64,000 bases of DNA from Octopus vulgaris (GCA_951406725.2 OX597814.1:220658001-220722000), one strand, 5' to 3'. Numbered from the stretch's first letter, positions 13,060-27,834 are shown. Translations and numbers: made by a program. The notes: generated from the sequence alone by a model not told the origin.

Positions 13060-13714
13060 CTAGCTGAATAGTCTGTTGTTGCCAGGCAATTTTTACAATA
13101 GAATGTCTTATATAAATTTTTATTTATTCCATGTCAGAGTATGCATTCCCTGACAGAGGCCTCTTGATCAGGACAGATTTGTGCAATTTTTCACCAAAAA
13201 AATTTGAGGATTTTTTTCCTTTTTAAATTATTAATATGTCTGTTCAACCATTTCACATGACTTCATTCAATAAAACTTCAGAAATTCTTACAACTTGGTC
13301 ATCATAATGCTTTGCTTTTGTTTGTTTAATAAAAATTCCTCCCCCTAATGATTTTGCTTTCATTTTGTGATAGACAGCTATCATACAGAAAATGCCAGCT
13401 TCCAAATTTTGTTTTCTGATTAGGTAAAATTGATTAAACTTTAAAACCACAGTAACATTTTTCTGCAACTTTTTGGAACAAATAAATGCAAAATCGGATA
13501 TAATATGGAAAATTATTTCAGTATACCAAATTTGGAAATTTTGACAATTTTAAAATTTCATAATATATGACAGTAACAGGGAAAACCCCATAAGAGTAGA
13601 GAGACAAACAGTTATAGGACATCACACACACACACACACACACACACATTTACAAATGTACACACGAGTTTAAAATAGTGTATAGGAGACATATGTATGT
13701 ATGTATGTATGATG

Positions 13715-13772
<58 letters not shown>

Positions 13773-14310
13773 CCTCGACTGGCTTCCGTGCCGGTGGCAC
13801 ATAAAATGCACCAATCCGACCGTGGCCGTTGCCAGCCTCGCCTGGTACCTGTGCAGGTGGCACATAAAAAGCACCCACTACACTCACGGAGTGGTTAGCA
13901 TTAGGAAGGGCATCTAGCTGTAGAAACACTGACAGATCAAACTGGAGCCTGGTGCAGCCTTCTGGCTTCCCAGATCCCCGGTCGAACCATCCAACCCATG
14001 CTAGCATGGAGAACGAACGTTAAACAATGATGATGATGATGATATATATGTATGTATGATGTATGTATGTATATATATATGTATGTATGTATGATGTGTA
14101 CATATGAGTGTTTCTTTGTGATGGACAGCAGACAAGCCACCTACCCCCTCTCTCCTTAAAGTTACGTATTCCTCATCCCTACTTTCTGTGTATGTGTGTG
14201 TGTGTTGTATCAGTGTATTTACGAAAGTATGTATGCAAAGTTTCATGAATATTGGTTTGTAGGTTTAGGCACTAAGAGGATAACAGACGAACAGACAGAA
14301 ATTGCTATAT
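13060..14310 (-). mobile_element. Non-autonomous Helitron, CpG-decayed, interrupted by a family B insertion
   Basis: CTAG 3' end at 13060 with a decayed subterminal hairpin (tagtctgttgttgccaggc); the 5' region aagtttcatgaatattggtttgtagg...acagacgaacagacag parallels the Helitrons at 46610 and 49235. Confidence 0.55.
13770..14043 (+). mobile_element. RTE-type 3' tail repeat (family B)
   Basis: ggaagggcatctagctgtagaaac...catgctagcatggagaacgaacgttaaacaatgatgatg; reverse complement of 8503-8722. Confidence 0.75.
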
Positions 14311-14388
14311 ATACACACACACACACACACACATATATACATATATACACATACATATAAATATATACATATACACACATACATATAT

Positions 14389-15642
14389 CTAACAGCTACT
14401 TTTCAGAAGCTAACCATTTTAACTGACCCTCTGTATATAACTTCTTCATTTCTCGTGTAATTTTCGTTAAGATAATTAATTGTGTCTTGGCTTGTTTAAT
14501 TTCTCATTTCTTTGGTTTAATTTCTCATCCCCCATGAACACTCTGAATGTATATTACTATTATTATTATTATTATTATTATCATTATTATTATTACTACT
14601 ACTACTACTACTACTTTCGTTCCTTGTACCATCTTCCCAAATTAAACTTGCTTCTAGTTGCAGCTTATATATTTAGAAATTCTTATCCCATGTGCTCCCT
14701 TCCATTCCATTCTGTTCAGCTCTGTTCCATGCAGTTCCTTCCACATATTCTTGCCCAGTCGCCAAATGTTGATGATACATCGCTAAGTTAAGATTCACTC
14801 GTTTTTTTTTCAATCTTTCATACATTCATTCGCCATAAACACTGTAAATGTATTGTTTACTAACAGCTACTTTTCAGAAGCTAACCATTTTAACTGATCC
14901 CTCAATATATAACTTCTTCATCTCTCATGTAATTTCGTTAAGATAATTAATTGCCTCTTGGCTTGTTAAATTTCCCATTCGCCATGAACACTCTGAATGT
15001 ATATTATTATTATTATTGAGTAAGAGAGCAATGCATGCCATCAAAGTGACACTGGGGTAAAATATACAAAGCCCAGTATACCCATCATGACTACCCGTCT
15101 GATAAGGGTACACCAGGAACATGCATCACAACCATATGTGCACGACATGGTAATCCCATAACAAGATAAACAGCGCATGACCTTGCAGGTGGGGCCCAGT
15201 TAGAATTTTTCTTCTGGTCGAGTAGCCCATCCCACTGAAAAGGTCCCTGAATGAGGGTTGTTTAAGGATGTTGAACGAAACACCCATGTTTCCAGGGTGA
15301 ATTATTCAAATCCTAAAGAATCCCTCTCAACACATGGCTATGATGCTCCTCCACTACTTCTGCTTGTGATCAGAGATGCACATATCGTCAGCTACTAAGG
15401 GACATGCTCAACTGGTTAAGGTCAAACAACTGACAAGCAAATCTGTGGTATTGAGCAGAATATTTGCTGTAGCCCATCTTTTATACCAAGACAAAAGAAT
15501 GTACATGATAATACTTCTAATCAGTTAAGATCAGAAGCCATTAGAGCCACTGCCTGATACTGGATCAGGGCATTATTATTATTATTACTACTACTACTAC
15601 TACTACTTTCGTTCGTTGTACCATCTTCCCGAATTAAACTTT
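14389..15642 (+). repeat. Local ~250-bp direct duplication; second copy split by an insertion
   Basis: ctaacagctacttttcagaagc...(TAT)n(TAC)n tttcgtt..ttgtaccatcttccc at 14389-14650, again at 14860-15017 plus 15573-15642. Confidence 0.85.
15018..15572 (-). mobile_element. ~555-bp non-coding element inserted in an (ATT)n microsatellite
   Basis: Absent from the paralogous empty site at ~14550-14610; flanked both sides by (ATT)n; no TIR and no long ORF. Strand inferred from the (AAT)n tail. Confidence 0.7.
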
Positions 15643-15784
15643 GTTTGTGGTGCACCTGCCCCTAACACCAATACTGGATATCTCTATCTCTATCTTCCTA
15701 CCATCTACACCAGTTATCTCTCTCTCTTCCTCCCACCATCATCACCTGAGTCTCTTCTGTCAATCCTCACTGGACTGTTCTCTA

Positions 15785-16060
15785 TATATTACCTGCACTC
15801 TTTCTCTCTCTCTCTCTCTCTCTCCTAGGACAAATGCAACTAGCTCAGCTGCCCACCTACTTAACCAGCTATCTTTTGTTTCATTTTGTCTAGAAATTTG
15901 TCACCACCATTACCAGATGTCTCCTCTCTCAATCCCCTCTACTCGCTAGTGCTGCTCTCCATATTACCTGCGCACTCTCTCTCCTGGGACAAATGCAACT
16001 AGGTTAACTGCCCACCTACTTAACCAACTTGTTTCATCTCGTTCCGTCTAGAAATATGCC
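15785..16060 (+). repeat. Diverged tandem duplication, ~175-bp period
   Basis: atattacctgc..ctctctc..ggacaaatgcaactag..ctgcccacctacttaacca..gtctagaaat occurs twice. Confidence 0.75.
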
Positions 16061-16359
16061 AACAACTACCCAATAATTTTCCATGTACATATCAAGTGAA
16101 GAAGAAAGTTAATGGCTGTACATGATTTAAAGAAGTGTTGAAAGATTTTCCCAGAGCACATTGAGGAATGCATGCACCAAGTTCTGGAGTCATCTTGAGG
16201 CTGCAGTGGAAGCTGAGGGTGACTATTTTGTGTAAAGTTATCTCCCAGCCATGTTCTAGTCTGTATTTTTTGAATTTAAAAAAAAATACTTTTAGATTTC
16301 AATGGGATATTTGTTTTCCTTTTATGCCAATTGTCAAATTTATCCTGAACATCCTGTAT

Positions 16360-16745
16360 GGATGGAAGCACTCTGTCGGTTACGACGATGAGGGTTCCGG
16401 TTGATCCGAATCAACGGAACAGCCTGCTTCGTGAAATTAACATGTAAGTGGCTGAGCACTCCACAGACTCGTGTACCCTTAACATAGTTCTCGGGGATAT
16501 TCAGCATGACACAGAGAGTGACAAGGCCGGCCCTGTGAAATACAGGTACAACAGAAACAGGAAGTAAGAGTGAGAGAAAGCTGTGGTGAAAGAGTACAGC
16601 AGGGATCACCACCATCCCCTACCGGAGTCTCGTGGAGCTCTTAGGTGTTTTCGCTCAATAAACACTCACAACGCCCGGTCTGGGAATCGAAACCGCGATC
16701 CTATGACCACGAGTCCGCTGCCCTAACCACTGGGCCATTGCGCCT
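16360..16745 (-). mobile_element. SINE family C, tail type 2
   Basis: Head is the reverse complement of the 12302 head; 3' half matches 63135-63316, not the 12302 copy. Confidence 0.85.
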
Positions 16746-18185
16746 GTATATACACACATACACCAAGAGGATGAATGGGCTTTGGCACAGCTCATCTACC
16801 AAATTTCTTACATAAAGAGTTGCATTCAAACTTAGAACTCCAGTTTCACAGTGAACTCTTTCAACCATATAGCTATATATATATATATATATCTTTCTTT
16901 CACTCTCTCTGTATCCTTGTGTGTGTGTGTACGCATGTATGTGTATGTCAATGCCCATGTATAGACACATTCATTTTTAAGCTGATTTTGTTTTCTGGCA
17001 TAATAGTGGTTTCTTATTTAACTATAATACTTTCTCTTCTTATTCCACAAGGACAACTTCATTTAACTATTTCTCTCAAGCTTTTCTTTAAATGTGTGCA
17101 TATGGATACTTGTGTGCGTGTGTGTGGGTGGGTGTGTGTGTGTAGGAAGCCATTTCACTCAAATCATTAATTTAGCTTTCTATACAGAGATCATATGCTT
17201 TCAATTCCCCATAAGCTGATAATCACCAACAACTAAGAAACTAAGTGGTCAAATTCCCCAAACAAGTCACAACGAGTATGACTTCATTTATAAATGTTTC
17301 TTCTTGAAGCTATAAAATGCAGTGTTTTATATTTTATGAGGAATGGTGGTACCAAGTGTGAGCACACAAATTGGAGATGTATTTTATGCCACCCTAGCTC
17401 TATCTTTATTGTATCTGTTTCCTAATAAAAGACATGGATTTGGGACTAAACAACAGCTATAAATGTTGAGCTAGGAAACCCAACAAATCATTGGTTTCAG
17501 AATAAGCAATAAATATCTAAAAGTCCCAGAAAAAGTAACGTAAAATAAAAGGACTTTGATAGTAGTGAAATAATTAAAATGTGTGACAAGTAACCGTTGA
17601 GATCTTTACAAAAATCGAAGATACCCCTTTCCAATATGCTTTTCATAAGATTCTCTCTACATGTTAATGAGCCCAAGCTGGGAAGGAAATGTAATGGTTT
17701 GTACAAATTACTTTAAATTTTAACAACAAAATTCGCCTGCTGTCACCACTATTATAACAATGCCTTAAATATCTAAAGTGAAGGAGAGGGCATAGTTGAT
17801 GAAATTCTATATCAGTACATGAATTATACTTAACATTAAAATAACCCTGGAGGGATGGAAGGCAAACTTAAATCCTGTGGGATAATGGAAGCATGAAACT
17901 GGATACATCATAATATTTAGCGTTGCACTTTACCATTTTTGCTTTGGTGTTATTAACAATACAGATTTGTAATATTAGAACAACCAGAAATTTTTGATGA
18001 GAATTGTAGTTGAGTTAAATGGCCACCGTAGTAGCTAGCTAGTATTTATCTTAACAAAACCACAAAAATTAAATGTAATGTCAACCATGGGAAGATCTGT
18101 GCATAGAATTACACTATATACCTCTAGGCACTTACTCCATTATTTTACTATTTGATAACCACCTAATAATAACAATAATAATAAT

Positions 18186-18425
18186 CCTTTCTACTATAGG
18201 CACAAGGCCTGAAATTTGGTGGGAGGGGGCCAGCTGATTAGACTGACCCCAGTATGCAACTGGTACTTAATTTATTGACCCCGAAAGGATGAACGGCAAG
18301 ACAGAATTTGAACTCAGAAATACCGCTAAGCATTTCACCCAGCATGCTAATGATTTTGCCAGTTCGCCACCTTGATGATAATAATAATAATAATGATGAT
18401 AATAATAATAATAATAATAATAATG

Positions 18426-18507
<82 letters not shown>

Positions 18508-18890
18508 TCCTTTCTGCTATAGATACAAGGCCTAGAATTTTTGGTTAGTCAATTACATTGACCCCCAATACTCAACTCCTACTTTATTTTATCAACCTCA
18601 AAAGGATGAAAGGCAAAGTTGATCCTGGTGGAATTTGAACTAAGATTATAAAGATGGAAGAAATGCTACGAAAGCATTTTTCCCTGCATGCTGATGATTC
18701 TGCCAGCTCACCACCATGATGATGATGTTGTAGTGTTGTTGTAGTTTCTAATTTAAGTACAAGAGTAGCAATTTTGAGGGGAGAGGGTTAGTCAATTACA
18801 CCAACCCTCAGTACATAACTGGTACTTAATTTTATCAACTCTAGAGGGATAAGATACAAAGCTGGCCTTGGCAGGATTTGAATTCAGAAC
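18186..18890 (-). mobile_element. Three consecutive SINE family E copies separated by (AAT)n/(GAT)n
   Basis: Copies at ~18186-18373, 18507-18716 and 18745-18890 carry gaaaggatgaaaggcaaag-like and gaatttgaactcagaa motifs; the central domain resembles the Nin-type SINE core (from memory). Confidence 0.75.
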
Positions 18891-19016
18891 ATATTGTGAT
18901 GTGACTAAACAAAACAAGACATATTGCTTAGTACTTTACCAATATTGAAACTACATTACCATCAATAAAATAATATTTAGATAAATCACAGGTGTGATAG
19001 TTAACAAAATTGTTGC

Positions 19017-19310
19017 AATGTTCACCAAGAAACTTCACAAGAAAGATAATATATTACTGAAGAGAAAAGAATAGAAAGGAATAATGATGTAACGTCAATT
19101 GGAAAAACATGTTTGTAATTTTGAAAGATAAAAGCTGGATATAATATTATTTAGAATGTAGACTTGAGAACTTGTTTAAATGTTTACCAAGAAATTTCAC
19201 AAGAGCAATACATATTACATAACAAGAGAATAGAAAGAAACTAGAATGTAATGTAAGAATTGAAAATAAAAAGCAAATAGAAAAAAAACATCCTTATAGT
19301 TTTGAAAGAC
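19017..19310 (+). repeat. Old tandem duplication, ~162-bp period
   Basis: aatgtt(c/t)accaagaaa(c/t)ttcacaaga...agaatagaaag...ttttgaaaga occurs twice. Confidence 0.7.
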
Positions 19311-21765
19311 ATAAATTTAATAACGTTTAGCAGCTGAGTTAGATCTTCGATGCTGATTCATGAAAAGCAAACTTTAAGGTGACATGCCAAATAGTACTAC
19401 CTATTAATTAGTGCTTGGCCCAAGGTCAATGCCTAAAAATGCAGTTCTGACACTAATAAGTGCCTTTCTATGAAACTGGCTGGGAAATATGAAAGGGTTA
19501 ATGTTCTTATGCTAGTTATTCAAGTTGATGGTTAATGGATGACATTGATTTTACACCCTGACATAGCACCAGTAAAAACAGAAGAGAAAAAATAATTGAA
19601 TCCTCACCTAATCCCATAAAAAAAAAAAAATTGCTTTAAAAAATAAATTTAACTATTTAGAAAAATATTGCAGAATCTAGAATAAAATTAGCATGAATAA
19701 GTGTTAGGCCAGTGGGTTGGAAAAACCAGGAGAATATCAGACTAAATAATTTGCAGTATTTAGTTATGATTGTTGCCATATTTAGCTATGTACATTATAA
19801 GATCAAATCTTGCAGGAGTTGACTTTATTTTACCACCCCTTAGAAGAATATGCGATTATGGACCAATCAAGTACTGGTGTCAATATAATCACCTATTCTC
19901 CTTGCCTTGAGCAAATGTTAAAAATCGTTAAGAAATGTTAGGTAAATAATGGTATAGAACAAGCACAGGCAACCTTTTTTTGAGACATGGGTTGCATGAG
20001 ACATGACTCATCATCAAGCAGGCTGACTACAAAAAAGAAATCCAAAGTAATTTTTCAAAATGAAGAATTGAGTTCAATCATCTGATGCAAAGTGACAACA
20101 AGCAGTGGTAATTTACAGTATTCATTGGTATTTATTCATTTCTAACTGGTTATTATAATAATTGTTAGCTCTTTTTTTTTTAGTATCAGAACGGCTTCTT
20201 CTATCCACAGGTTACCAATGTTATAATCTACAGTTTTAATAGTAACTGCAATGTCTTTACTCATGTTCCAGTATTTTCCAAAGTGTTTTTTGAAAGACAG
20301 TGTATATGCATGGAGATGCTCTTCTATTCATAAATGTAATGATTGAATCTTGCAGCTGTAGTAGCATTTGTTTTATATTTGGTGCATTGGATCTGATATA
20401 CAACAGACATACATTGAAGATGGAGACGATGGCCGGATTTCTATCAACAGACACTCCATGCATGTTGAAACGAGAGAGAGAGAGAGAGAGAAAGAGAAAT
20501 GTTTTTACCTTAGCAGTTACTTCCAAATATTTGGCAAAAATAAGTTTGAGCTGATACCATGCACATCATAGACTTCCCTGCTGCACACCACATATAGTCA
20601 AGTTTAACATGTTGAACATAAATTCCAGTGCAGAAGTGCTTCATTGGGATTGTACCCTACTCATGCTAATTGCTTTTTGAGCCAAAAAGGGAATTTCTAT
20701 AGAGCTGCTTTAATCTGTGAGAAATAATAACCAAATATCTCTCAAATCAAATTCTGACATCTTAAGAAAGAAGGATACATTGAACAGTGTAGTCCTAGTG
20801 ACACTGTGCTGAAAATAAATACATGATGGTCACAGCTGAAGTGCTTTTGATCAGTGGTCTATATCATTACAGCTAACCTGGGGTTTACACCACCACCTGG
20901 TCATTTCGGTAGAATTCACACATTAGGACCACATCTCTAGTCTGGACATAACATCCTTCTTTCCTCCCACTTAGTCATAGACACTGAGCTTCCTCCTCTA
21001 ACTAAACCAATAAACACACACACGTTCACAAACATGTTAAAATATGCAGGGTGCACAACAGCAATAGCTGGTTATCTTAAATGGTGACAAACAAACACAA
21101 ACAAAAGCCATTATTGTACATCATATTTGGACAGCCACCACCAGTGCTATCAGACAGAAAATAGGATTTGCACTACTTAAGATACTAGATAGCAACGAAA
21201 CAAAGAATTCAGACATGTGAAATTCAAGAGATAAACATTTTGCCAAGCAGAATTAGCAAGGATAGGATCACACAAATTAAACCCACAACACCAAATACAC
21301 ACACACACACACACATGCATACACATACACATACACACACATCAACACACGTGCATAAACATACACACACGCACACACACACACACACACACACACTACA
21401 AGATCTTAATGGATATATTAACAAATTAGGAACCAAGTAAGATATCAAGAGAATCAGCTAACATAGTGGAGGGTTATTTTCTTTTTTTTTTTGTTTGCTT
21501 TTATTTTGAAGGTTGCCAAGCCTAAAGTAACCAAAGCAAGGAATATATGGACGGCCACAATAGCGATAGATGCACCAATAACAAGAAAGAGATTAATCTA
21601 AAGATATTGGGGAAACAAGCTTTCCCGATAAGCATATTATTGAGTTTAGTAAGTTCTTTACTAGAAGCCACTCATCAACTAACATGATGGCAATCTAATT
21701 TATGTATATTTTTGTCCCAATATGGAACCAGTAGAAGAGTAATACACACACACAATCCGATATAT

Positions 21766-21799
<34 letters not shown>

Positions 21800-22221
21800 T
21801 ATTCATACATGAATTATATAAATACAGTATAATCACTATGGTGTATTTATATCATCTTCTCTTTGCAAATTCACTTTTTGTTTCTTTCCATTAACCCAGC
21901 ATTATAAATCAAGCCGCCAAACTTACTCCATAACCAAAAATAAAATAAATATATAAATAAAATAACCTTATTAACAAGGAAACATGAAAATATATAATAG
22001 AATACACTAAAACCAATCTTGCATTAACTATTTAAAACATTTATTCCTTCCCTATTTACCATATTGCCTGACAACTTCCATTGATATGAAAATGTTTTGT
22101 GGGTATTTTTGCAGAAGGGAGGGGCCAGTTTCTGTTAAAGATGTCTATTTCATTCATTTACTTAAGAGTAGGAGGAATAAATAGTTAATCCCCCACCCTT
22201 CTCATTTGCAAAATCATATAG

Positions 22222-22706
<485 letters not shown>

Positions 22707-22745
22707 TTTGCAAATGAGATTCATATACATACACACACAAACACA

Positions 22746-22779
<34 letters not shown>

Positions 22780-23654
22780 TGTATGTGTGTTCAATGTTTC
22801 TCTTCTCATACCGAAAAAAAAGAAAAACAACAAAAATAACTAAATTAAAACCAGGACCCCCTCCCCAACAAAACAAAATATGTTAATAAAAGTTTTGATA
22901 GATAAATATTGAAATATCATGTAAAGTTTTACTTTTTCCAGAATTAAATATGCTTCCTGGTTTGCTTTTCCATGTGATCAATATATGATTGTTAATGGCA
23001 ACATCTGAATAGCAACTGTCATTGATGCTGAAATAACTGGGCCATTAATAAGTATTACATGTAATGCAGCAAAATCAAAAATTTATATCATCAAGTTTTT
23101 ATTTTTAATAATGATAATTACAATGATGATGACGATGATGATGGTGGTGGTGTCCGTGGTGGTGTAGTGGTGGTGGCGGCATTTGTGGTGATGATGATGA
23201 TGATGATGATGACCATAATGGTGATGATGATTACTAAGTTAGATGCAAGGCCACACATTTATAGAGAAGGCCATTAGAAACATAAGTGGAGTAAATTGGC
23301 TTAAGCTAGAAATCCAAATGGATGTCAGAAGCTTATCTTTAGTCCATTACTATAATCATGATAATATTAATAATAATAGTAATGATGATAACAAGTAGTC
23401 CTTTTAGTGCCACAAAGGCAATAGACGTAGACATTATAAGGACAGGTTATTAAAAGTGTAAGGTTTATAATAATTAGCTGAATAAATAAAAGACAGAAGG
23501 AAAAAGAAAGTAGTATACACAGTATACAAATATGTGAGCATGCATGGAGAAGTATTGTCACGTAGGACCTTGTAGAAAATTGACAGATTCAAGATTAACC
23601 TGTCTCCAGACAACAAGTACATGCTCCGAGGAGACCTGTTTCCTTTGACTATAC

Positions 23655-23863
23655 TAGCTGGCAGAGTGGTTAGGACGCCGGGCGAAATGCTCAGCAGTAT
23701 TTCGTCTGTCGTTACGTTCTGGGTTCGACTTTGCCTTTCATCCTTTCGGGGTCGATAAATAAAGTACCAGTTGCGCACTGGGGTCGATGTAGTTGACTTA
23801 ATCCCTTTGTCTGTCTTTGTTTGTCCCCTCTATGTTTAGCCCCTTGTGGGCAATAAAGAAATA
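23655..23863 (+). mobile_element. SINE family E, tail type 1
   Basis: agctggcagagtggttagg...gactttgcctttcatcctttcggggtcgataaataaagtaccag...ttgtcccctctatgtttagccccttgtgggcaataaagaaata. Confidence 0.85.
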
Positions 23864-24919
23864 TATTCTCATTTACTCTCATCCACTTTTCAATAAATTT
23901 ACTGGGGAGTAAAGGACTGCCCTCTCTCTACCTTCACCTTTTCAAATAGAACATGAGAAAGTTGAAGAGGGTTGTTAGGCAAAGTGGAAAGTCTCTGCCG
24001 TTATACCTTCCAATCACATCTACCACATGACCTCTTCTGCAATAGCTACCAGACTGAGGAAAACTGTCTGCCCTTCCGAGGCACAGGAAAATAGAGCTGT
24101 AATTTTAATGAAGGTTGTGGCTGATAGCTAGAACCATCTTAGACATGACAACAACTATAAAACATATCTATAAGTCAGTAATACCTAGATACTAAGTAGG
24201 TGCAACCAAAATGGTTCTGCTGCTCTGCATGCAGCTCAAACAGGCCAGGTTGGTGGCACTCCTAAACCTGTAGAGTTTAGCTTGAAATGATAATTCCCTT
24301 CCTGCTCTCCACAAACATAGCCATGTCAAGATAGGCCAGATATTTCTGGAAGTTATCCATTATCTTTATACTGAAAATCCTCCAGAACAGAACAGCTGAT
24401 TGATTCTCATCACTGTCGAAGATTTCTCGAACAACAACATGACACTTCCCCATGCCATATTGCCTGGACAGTTAGAGGGCTTAAAGTAACTGACAATATT
24501 CCAGATGTAAGACATCTGTTCAAGGTCTTCACTTGACCCAAGACAGCAGTTCCACCAATTTTTTTACATTTTACTTTTTCTTTTTGTTATTAACATCATT
24601 GTCATCATCATCATGCCAGCATGGAAAGCAGACAAATGCTGCAGCTGATGATGATGTACATAATGAAAAAAAGGGATAAAATACTTGACTGAATTGAACT
24701 TGGTCCATGACTGATAGACATTTTTAGGGACTGAAAGGACGAATGAAGAACTTCTGTTTGATAAACTCAAAACACAAATGGCTAAAATACAATTTCTGTC
24801 ACTTTACTAATCTTAATGATTTCTTATAGAAGCCCAAGGCTGGACAATTTGTCGGTCCAGGAACGAGGTATCGTAAAAGTAACACTCAGCAACATTTGAA
24901 TGCAAAACATAATGACAAT

Positions 24920-24954
<35 letters not shown>

Positions 24955-24955
<1 letters not shown>

Positions 24956-25167
24956 CCTTTCTACTATCGGAACAAGGCCAGCAATTTCAAGGAAGGGAGT
25001 AAATCAATTACATAGACCTCAATGCTTGGCTGGCACTTATTTTATCAACCCTGAAAGGATGAAAGGTAAAGCTGACCTCAACAGAATTTGAACTTAGAAT
25101 GTAAAAACAGACAAAATTCTGCTAAGCATTTTGTCCAGCTTGCTAACAATCTGCCAGATCACTGCCT
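24955..25167 (-). mobile_element. SINE family E, tail type 2
   Basis: tttctactatcggaacaaggcc...gaaaggatgaaaggtaaag...gaatttgaacttagaa. Confidence 0.75.
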
Positions 25168-25580
25168 CGATGATGATGATGATGATGATGATGATTGTTT
25201 CTGATTTAGGTTAGCAATTTCAGGGTTCATAAAATAAAGAAGTCAAGTACTGGTCAATTATATCGACTTCAGTACTTGGCTGGTTCTTTATTTCAGCTCT
25301 GAAATGATGTAAGGTAAAGCTGTTCTCAGCAGGATTTCAACTCAGATTGCAAAATACTGGAATATATGTTCACAAAGGATTTACGGTATTTTGTCTGACA
25401 TTTTAACAATTCCACTAATCCACTCCCCACCCCCAATGATAATGATGATGATGGTTCCTCATTTAGGCACAAGGCTAGTCATTTTGAAGGGAAGGAATTT
25501 ACCAAAACCACCGGCCCTGAAAAAAATGAAAGGCAAAATTCACCTTGGTGATATTTAAACTCTGCCAACCCAGAACCCTT

Positions 25581-25581
25581 G

Positions 25582-25642
<61 letters not shown>

Positions 25643-25998
25643 TGATGATGATGATGATAATAATAATAATAATGTCCTTCCAATATTAGAAATGAAACCT
25701 GAATAGAAAAGTGCAAACATATTTTCTCCAAGAATCCTAAGAAATATTCATGTCATTTTTCTGCCAGCTCTCTGTCTTACTTTCAATTATAATGATAATT
25801 TTCTACTATAGGCACAAGGCCTGAAATTTGGGGAGGCGGATAATCGATTACATTAACCCCAGTGCATAACCGGTACTTAGTCTATCGACCCTGAAAGGAT
25901 AAAGACAAAGTCGATCTTGCAGGATTTGAACTCAGAACGTTGCAAGACAAAATAAGCTTTATTCAGCGTACTTACGATTCTGCCAACATACTGCCTTA

Positions 25999-26048
<50 letters not shown>

Positions 26049-26152
26049 TGATGATGATGATGATAATAATAATAATTTCCTTCCAATATTAGAAATGAAA
26101 CCTGAATAGAAAAGTGCAAACATATTTTCTCCAAGAATCCTAAGAAATATTC
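25581..26152 (+). repeat. Direct repeat: (AAT)n(GAT)n(AAT)n plus 75 identical bp, flanking a family E SINE (25800-25997)
   Basis: 25675-25749 is identical to 26078-26152. Confidence 0.9.
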
Positions 26153-27834
26153 TTGAAATTTGAGGATACATGTTGTCACTAAACCTCATAGCAACATTCT
26201 TGCAACCTAATACGGCATGTAAAAGTGCTATTAAAAATGATAAATAATACAAAATAATATATAAAAACAATATATTTGATACTTCTTTCTTTCTCCATTG
26301 AAAGAACTGAATAACAAAGGTGAGTGTGGTGTATAGTCTGGAACAAAAGACCGAAAGTTATGTGAAGTAGTAGAAAGAACAAAACGAAGTTTGTTATATC
26401 AAAAACACTGCTTTCAAGCATGCTTGGTATACCAAGAGCCAGTAAAATAGATTGTAAATTGTTTCACAGAAACATTATTGTTGCTTGTAGTTCTGTATTT
26501 ATGTTATCTAATTATTATAATGTATATATTAAGCAGAAAGTTAATAAGTGTTAATAGTTAATGCTTTCCCTAACCTTAAAGGTCTGTGTGACTAATAACT
26601 ACCTTCTGTAGCATTATGCCAATGAAATAGAGATAAATTTGTCCTCAAAGCACTAGTCTTTCATGCAGAAGTTTCTCAGATGTTCTGGTATGTATTCCTG
26701 ACATCTGGGGACTGAGGTATATGGAGTGAATTGTCCTGGCTGAAGACACATCAAAACGTTTACTATAGATTTGTATTCAGAAGCTGTGAGCTTATAGCTC
26801 AGTGTTTTATCTAATCATCAAGTTGAATATAATTTTTGGTTATGTGAATTTTTCATGTGTATATGGGGATCTATAACTGATAGATATTTGCTTTCAAAAA
26901 CTGTTTCTCTTGAGTGTCTGGGAATGGATAGAATATTAATTCATAGTCTAAGTAAATGGAGGTGTGCATATGACATAGTACTATTGTGTCTTTTTAGACA
27001 ATAGCTCCTCGTTGACCTATATCTTGTGACTAGAATTCAGTATGTAAAAACTATGAGGAAGCTTATTATATATATCTGGTGTGTGTGTGTGTCTGCACGC
27101 ATATGTATGTGTGTGTGTGTGTGTGAATGTGCATGTGTGCTGGTGTGTGTTTGAGCATATCTTTCATCAAAATGTATTAACAATGCCAAAGCATATCAAC
27201 AATGTTAGAAACATCAATTAGAAACTGAAATGTTGGTACTTTACAAAGTCTCCTGTAATATTTGCTTAACACTGAGTAACAAGCACTCCATCAGAAATGC
27301 AGAGAACCAGTGATAGGTTCACAGGAAACCTATATCATATGGTGTCATTGTTTATTAACTGATTTAAAATAAAAATAATAATAATAAAAGGGTGCAGCTT
27401 GCAGAATCAATAGGATGCTGGAACAGCAAGAATATAGGTCAGCAGTTTGCACCCAGTAACCTGCCTGACATTGTGTGTCCAGGCAAAAGATATTTTTAAA
27501 TCTAATTATTTTTGACATAGATAAAAAAGCCAGAAATTTTGGGGAAGGTCTTAGTTGATTAAATCAATCTCAGTACATGACTGTACTTTATTTTATGAAC
27601 AATAACAGGCAAAGTTGACTTTGGCATGATTTGAAATCAGAACATAAAGAACCAGAAGAAACAACACAATGTATTTTGTCCACTACTCTAACGATTCTGC
27701 CAATCCAAGAGTTTTGTTAGCATAATTCAACAATTCCCATGAATATATATTTAAGTGGAGGGAAGAGCTAACTGTAAGCAAAATTGCTTAATCAATTAAC
27801 ATTACACCATTAATGAAAAAAAAAATCATTAGTA

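Noticed and set aside
15475-15572. Patchy resemblance to U2 snRNA (ttctaatcagttaagatcaga; cctgatactggatcagg)
   Set aside because: Short, gapped similarity; no intact GTAGTA branch-site sequence or Sm site, and the spacing is wrong. A cmsearch with the U2 model would settle it
20257-20571. Overlapping 67-89 aa ORFs in non-microsatellite sequence
   Set aside because: No recognisable motif or splice support; the flank (caggcaacctttttt at ~19966) hints at a decayed hAT-type element but too weakly to call
21512-21648. Plus-strand acceptor/donor pair
   Set aside because: Stops in all frames, opposite to the inferred gene, and T-tracts are common in this DNA
23880-24560. Higher-complexity segment that may be an old LINE fragment
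   Set aside because: Only a YLGIT-like hint on the minus strand; no sustained alignment readable by eye
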